Shown in pieces: positions 58,336-64,000 of a stretch of 64,000 nucleotides of DNA. Position 1 is the stretch's first letter. Each line of letters begins with the position of its first letter. The position numbers were made by a program, and so were the translations under genes. Below the pieces are notes generated by a model. It was not told the origin of the DNA, made no database searches, and was given only the letters and a program-made list of their open reading frames with translations. The stretch lies in the NCBI RefSeq assembly GCF_001194135.2, contig NC_068981.1, forward strand, positions 113,470,789 to 113,534,788. Direction: 5' to 3'. This stretch comes from Octopus bimaculoides (Eukaryota).

Positions 58336-58474
58336 TTACGCTTTTTCATGTAAACATTTCCGGATGTTTACGCTTTTTCATGTAAACATTTCCGTATGTT
58401 TACGCTTTTTCATGTAAACATTTCCACACACTTGACCCTAGAGGAAAAGGAGAAATGTCATATTTCCTGTTTAC
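58336..58474 (-). promoter_or_regulatory. 32-bp tandem repeat (about 2.8 copies) with forkhead and ETS motifs, plus a FOX:ETS composite site, upstream of the MMP ATG
   Basis: Unit starts at 58336, 58368 and 58400. The minus strand reads GTAAACAT-CCGGAA-ATGTTTAC. GTAAACAGGAAAT lies at 58462-58474. Function is inferred from motif match only. Confidence 0.5.
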
Positions 58475-59644
58475 ATTTTAAGAGTCTTAGCATTTTCTTT
58501 CTTTCCTTTCTTCCATTAAAAATATATTCCTTTCTACTATAGGCACGAGGCCTGAGATGTCGGGTTAAGTCGATTACATCGGCCCTAGTGTTCAACTGGT
58601 ACTTATTTTATCGACCCAGAAAGATGAAAGGCGAATTTGGTCTCAGAATGTAAAGACGAATGAAATGTTGCTAAGCATTTTGCTTGGCGCATTAACGATT
58701 CATCCAGTAAAGATATATTGCCAAATTAAAATTTCGTTTGCTTGAAAAAAAATTAAGAAATACAAATAGCAATTTTCAGTTTATAATATTTGTATTAGTA
58801 TAAACTAAGTTAAGGTCTCGGGTCGCTCAAAACGTGTTCGCTATAGTCTTGTCGCTAATTCTTTTCTTCTTCCCGAAGGTATGAAAGAGTTTCTTCCTCC
58901 TTAAAAGAAACAGATGTTAGGATATAGACACTTCAGCAAACTTTGTTTTTCATCACATTTTGATGTCACCTATCTTTGTACTTCATTTGTTTGTAGTCGA
59001 TTTAATATACGCAAATATCATACTTGTTTGATTCAGTATACTATATTTTTCTCCACTGAGCATTATGCTTTACCAAAATAAATTAATACTTTAGGAAGTG
59101 GTAAACCGGCGGCTGTTGTATATTAGTGTTCTCAGTGAGTTGAAACTGTGTACAAGTTTTGATTTTCTGTTAAGGAATTTCGTATCAAATACATTCTTTA
59201 AGTCATTAATGTCATTTCCCATATTCCTCCAAATTAAGGTTTTTGTGCTAACTAATAAAAGAGAAAATGTCTCCTCTGTTTCAAATTATTCTTATTGCAG
59301 CTTAGCTGTCTCAAACAGCACAGAAATATTTGTAAAATGATGGCTTGGATAGAATATTGTACCTTCGTGACTTCATATTTACTGCAAGGGTATATTATAT
59401 TCTGAGTACGATTCGTTCATATATCAATAAGTTTGATCACTAACATCTCAGGGCGCAGTTGGCTGAATAATTGGTCATATATAGACCAGTAAATAGAAAT
59501 TTATATTCTTTAATTTAAGCTTATCATTTATTTATTCAATTGTGTGATTTCTCCAACATATAGAGAATTTGTACCAAAATCCGAGGTATTGATCGAATGG
59601 AAAAAAAATTCTGAAGTAGTGATGGTGGCGATCAATGCAAATTA

Positions 59645-60240
59645 ATTTGAGAAATATTTTAAACACCAGATACTTACAAAAGTATTTGTGTTTTGTTAGG
59701 GAGGATAGCAAAATTGGAATACTGTGGGGATGAAGATGGCACGTGTTGTCTTTGTCTTCGGATTTTCTCTTTCTGTTGTTGCTGTTCTTGCTAGTGTTAT
59801 TCAGTTATTGTTATCGCAGCTACTGCATTTGTTATTTTTTTTATTGCTTCTATTGTTTCTTTTGAAAGTCCTTAAGTAGTTGTTGGCACTGTATTTATGT
59901 AGTCTGTGTATCTATCCATCACCACAAACAGCTGCGTGCCGTTTAGCAAGTCGATCATGTCGAGGATTTTCTCCAGGGTTTCCTGATTTGTTTGTGCGTA
60001 GACCTCCATTCCAATCCTCAACTAGCTTTCTTGATGACAAAGCCTAATCCAAATTCATACATAGATTATGTTTTCCTACCTTCTTTGTCTCCTAAAGTAT
60101 CTGCCAACAACCACCATATGTTTATCTCTGGTGGCAAATCCATCTCCTTCACCTTCGACACACGCCGGTATATGAACGAAAAGGTGAAGATAAACTCCTG
60201 GCTAGTGATCAAGTTGATTGAAAGACGCAATAAGACGCAA
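59645..60240 (-). mobile_element. Tx1-like ORF1 fragment
   Basis: YRRVSKVKEMDLPPEINIWWLLADTL is homologous to GRRTSKIRVEEIPPDIDVTWVAAAVL. Confidence 0.65.
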
Positions 60241-60249
60241 TCTAATGAC

Positions 60250-63050
60250 TGAAACAAGAAAAAAAATGAAAGAAAAAAGATGTAATGAATTGATAAAAAA
60301 AAGCAATATACACGGTATACAATAAAACCCAGATGGGAAGAATACAACAGTAAAAAGGAAGAAGGGAAAACAATGATAGTGATGTGGTCCTCCTGATATA
60401 GGAGAACATCTCAGGATAATCGAGGAACCCCACCGTCCAAGATCTTGAACACCCTGGGCAAGTGTCCTCTCCAATTCCAATTCTCCGAGTTACAGGTGTA
60501 CACTTAGAGAAATGCCGTCCACTCTTGCCATTCCTACAACTTTCACCCACCTTCCAGTGAATTCACTCGAGGACAGCACGTCCCTCTCTACCCTCATGTT
60601 CCTTTTCAAGTGAAAGATTGATGAGTGTTCAGACCAAAGAGGAATGTCTTTGTCCTCATGACTTTCAACCTTGGCTACCAGACAAGGAAAATTGCCTTAA
60701 CTGCTCTATTAAATGTAGTGGGCAGGGTAACCATCACTATGGACTCGGCCGTCCCACATTTGAGAAATAAGTAGCTGCGATAACAATAACTGAATAACAC
60801 TAGCAAGAACAGCAACAACAGAAAAAGAAAATCCGAAGACAAAGACAACACGTGCCATCTTCATCCCCACAGTATTCCAATTTTGCTATCCTCCCTAACA
60901 AAACACAAATACTTTTGTAAGTATCTGGTGTTTAAAATATTTCTCAAATGATCGACATAACTCCATAAGCCAACAATGCTCGGACACTGAACGAGTGCGC
61001 GCATAACGTTTTCGTCACTTTGCGCGCACCTCGGACAAGCCCATCTGACAGTACATCTGTGCCAGTAGAGTTTATCTCGAACCAGNNNNNNNNNNNNNNN
61101 NNNNNNNNNNNNNNNNNNNNNNNNNNNNNNNNNNNNNNNNNNNNNNNNNNNNNNNNNNNNNNNNNNNNNNNNNNNNNNNNNNNNNNNNNNNNNNNNNNNN
61201 NNNNNNNNNNNNNNNNNNNNNNNNNNNNNNNNNNNNNNNNNNNNNNNNNNNNNNNNNNNNNNNNNNNNNNNNNNNNNNNNNNNNNNNNNNNNNNNNNNNN
61301 NNNNNNNNNNNNNNNNNNNNNNNNNNNNNNNNNNNNNNNNNNNNNNNNNNNNNNNNNNNNNNNNNNNNNNNNNNNNNNNNNNNNNNNNNNNNNNNNNNNN
61401 NNNNNNNNNNNNNNNNNNNNNNNNNNNNNNNNNNNNNNNNNNNNNNNNNNNNNNNNNNNNNNNNNNNNNNNNNNNNNNNNNNNNNNNNNNNNNNNNNNNN
61501 NNNNNNNNNNNNNNNNNNNNNNNNNNNNNNNNNNNNNNNNNNNNNNNNNNNNNNNNNNNNNNNNNNNNNNGGAATTCGCCATTTCTGCCCTACCTTTCAG
61601 AGACAGCTTCCTCTCAGCTTATTTCTGGGTAAGACTGACCACTCTGTTCGTCACCACGTCCCAGTTTTTATCCCCCTAGAGGACGAAACCCAACCAAACC
61701 TCGAGCAGTTTAACTAGTCCGTCAGTTGAGCGTCTGACAACGCCTCCGACGGTATCAACTCGCCTCTCCAGGTTTCCAGCCGCCTGCCTACCGACTTCGT
61801 CAGCGTTGATGTTGGCCACTGTAACCGATTCGCATTTCTTTAGAATGGTGTCGACCATCTCCACTTCGCGAACGCCGACACGGACCTCCCATATCCCAGT
61901 TCGAAAGGGATGTCCCACAACTGTTCCAGCTTCTGCAACAGTAACTCGAGAGCCAATGCGTACAGAAGAGGCGACGGCGGGTAGCCCTGACGGAACGAGC
62001 GAGCAATGCGAAACGGTTCCGAGAGGTGACCATTTACTTTGACTACCGAGCAGGTGCTGCTACTAGGTTCCGAGCGGAACCTAGTAGCATGCACCCATTC
62101 CAGTCCTTCATAGACCTGACTGTGATTTTGTTGTCTCGTCCTGCCTCCTCTGCTCGGACGGTATGGATTCTTTTGTGTTTGAGCTCGCAAGCTTTGGATC
62201 TGACAAAGTAGCCGTCATATTTCGCCTCGAAGAACTGCGCAAGATCCATTTTTGCCCGTAGCACATCTGTTACGATGCCTTTATTAATCGCCTCTTCTAA
62301 TTTGCTCACTAGTTCTCTCTGATTTGTTTCTTTCTATTCCTAGCTCTATGCTAAACGCAATCAATTCTGCTCTAATTGCCCCTCGGGATGGCTCACCACC
62401 GGTTGTTGGCGATTGCTTCGTCAGCTGTCAATTAACCCGTTCGCTAATCCGGTCCTTGTAATGTTTGCATGCCGGCGAAACTGTGTTCAACATCCAGTAA
62501 CCGGGTTTCTGTTTACGGATCCTATCTAAATCGACTGAGCAGATCACAAATTGTGGTCTGTCTAGCCGACCAGTTTGAACTGCGGACATCCTACGCAATC
62601 CCTATTCATTGACATAAAATGACTCTGCCTAGATACGATCTGGGAACCCGCTCTGTGTCCACATTGACACATCAAAGAAATCCAGCTGGTACCTGTCAGA
62701 GTTTTGGAAACTTTCGTTTCGTGGCTTTTGAACCCTTCTCCTTTGTGCTAGCCTCACACAAACGTTTTGTGTATCTAAAGTCAATTCCATTTCTTCACTT
62801 GTACTAAAGAATGGGACATTCTCAGGAAAATTTCTCGGCACCTGGAGAAATGAGGCTGACTCGCTCCATTTATGGCATAGACACCCATCAGTTTGAAGGC
62901 ATCACCTTCTCAGCTATTCAAATCCGAGACCACCATCTTACCAACTGGTGTAACAATTTCAGATTACTCCCATAATATAATCTCCCGATTATTTGAAAAC
63001 GGATTTCATTCTACTATTTATGATTTCAAATTATTATCCTCAAATTCATC
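60250..63050 (-). mobile_element. Tx1/L1-like LINE copy C (APE to ORF2 C-terminus, internal deletions, gap, 180-bp inverted insert at 60770-60949)
   Basis: GKMVVSDL...GVYA; PGYWMLN; RQGYPPSPLLYALALE; HLKRNMRVERDVLSSSEFTGRWVKV*. Confidence 0.85.
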
Positions 63051-63759
63051 CTCGAATGTTCGTTGCTCAGGTGACAAACAAAAGAATTATTAATATTATT
63101 GTTGTAAATTAAACGCAATGTGTGGTCCCGTCAGTCACGCTGGTGAAAGCAGAGTAAGACAACAAACGGAGTGGAGTGAGTGAGAGTAAGAGATGATGGA
63201 TGTGTGCAAGCGAACCACTTTCAAAGGTCTTGTTCTGAAGACGCTGGTATTATAATTAAAATAAAACTGCAATTTTTTATCGCAAAATTGTATTTAGTTT
63301 ATCAGTTTTGCATGCACAAATATAAGTAAATATATGAAAAACTATATAACAAACAATTTTGTTCACAAAATATCGTTCACATAACACACACACACACATA
63401 CACACACACACACACACAAACATACACACACAAACACACACTCACATAGATGCTATGTGGCTATGTGAACGATAATGTATTTTGCAGTAAATATATTTTG
63501 AAAAATAGTTTATACCTCAGTGCTTTTAGCACAAAAGGTGAAATCAATTAAATAAGAGATATCAGTACTTTACTTTGTGGCTTTTGCAAAGGTATGAAGC
63601 TATTTTTCTTATATTTGCTGCATTTACCGTGCGTTTTTATTTATAGTGAGAAATTTGTGACTTTGGGGGTGTTGTCTCCTATTTCTAGCAAAGCTGGTAC
63701 TTTGGTACTATAAGTTTATATACATATTTTGCCTAGTTTGGTTAAAGCTTGCTGGTTGC

Positions 63760-63842
<83 letters not shown>

Positions 63843-63846
<4 letters not shown>

Positions 63847-64000
63847 ATAGAAAGGATTGAGGTAACTCCTCCTGAAGGTATAGAGTCAAAATTAAAAGAA
63901 GAGTGCCATTTGTTATCTAGTGAACGATATTTCGACATCTCGTGTGTCTTCAACTGGTTCAAAAAATAAATTTGTCAATCTACTTCATTTTGGTTAATAT
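63843..64000 (-). mobile_element. Second copy of the 151-bp hammerhead-like family, next to (TAT)n at about 63762-63843
   Basis: Reverse complement of the 7320-7490 unit; TGAAC-CAGTTGA-A-GACA..TGTC-GAAA-TA-TC-GTTCA at 63921-63961. Confidence 0.8.

Noticed and set aside
60995-61030. GTGCGCGCA/TGCGCGCAC hairpin
   Set aside because: Within the Tx1 ORF2 zinc-knuckle coding region; probably incidental.
13858-62425. Other CTGANGA heptamers (e.g. 13858, 23563, 40169, 41921, 61797)
   Set aside because: They lie inside TE coding sequence without the GAAA/NUH geometry.
1-64000. CRISPR arrays, rRNA or true tRNA genes
   Set aside because: None seen; the tRNA-like boxes belong to SINE heads and the repeats are eukaryotic microsatellites or TEs.

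Overview
Animal genomic DNA, AT-rich and dominated by repeats. The SINEs and microsatellites resemble octopus/cephalopod repeats (inference from memory, not searched). The ORF track misses the host gene. A minus-strand matrix metalloproteinase (MMP, M10A) gene has four short coding exons here (58212-58298, 36557-36671, 26957-27076, 3127-3227). All junctions are GT-AG and phase-compatible, and the exons splice to 141 codons: signal peptide, prodomain, cysteine switch, dibasic activation site and the start of the catalytic domain. The gene continues beyond position 1. Its introns (21.5, 9.5, 23.7 and >3.1 kb) are filled with decayed elements: Ty3/Gypsy, R4/Dong-type RLE LINEs, Tx1/L1-type LINEs, RTE, CR1 scraps, Penelope-like elements (PLEs), one Tc1, SINEs and Helitron-like repeats. 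Reading by eye found about 12 type I hammerhead ribozyme (HHR) motifs, several with intact cores, mostly in short non-coding, tandem or inverted retrozyme/PLE-like units. The most unusual signal is that two diverged Tx1-like LINEs both end immediately upstream of a same-strand hammerhead that starts a homologous ~210-bp module. TE boundaries are approximate. Nothing was computed beyond manual reading.
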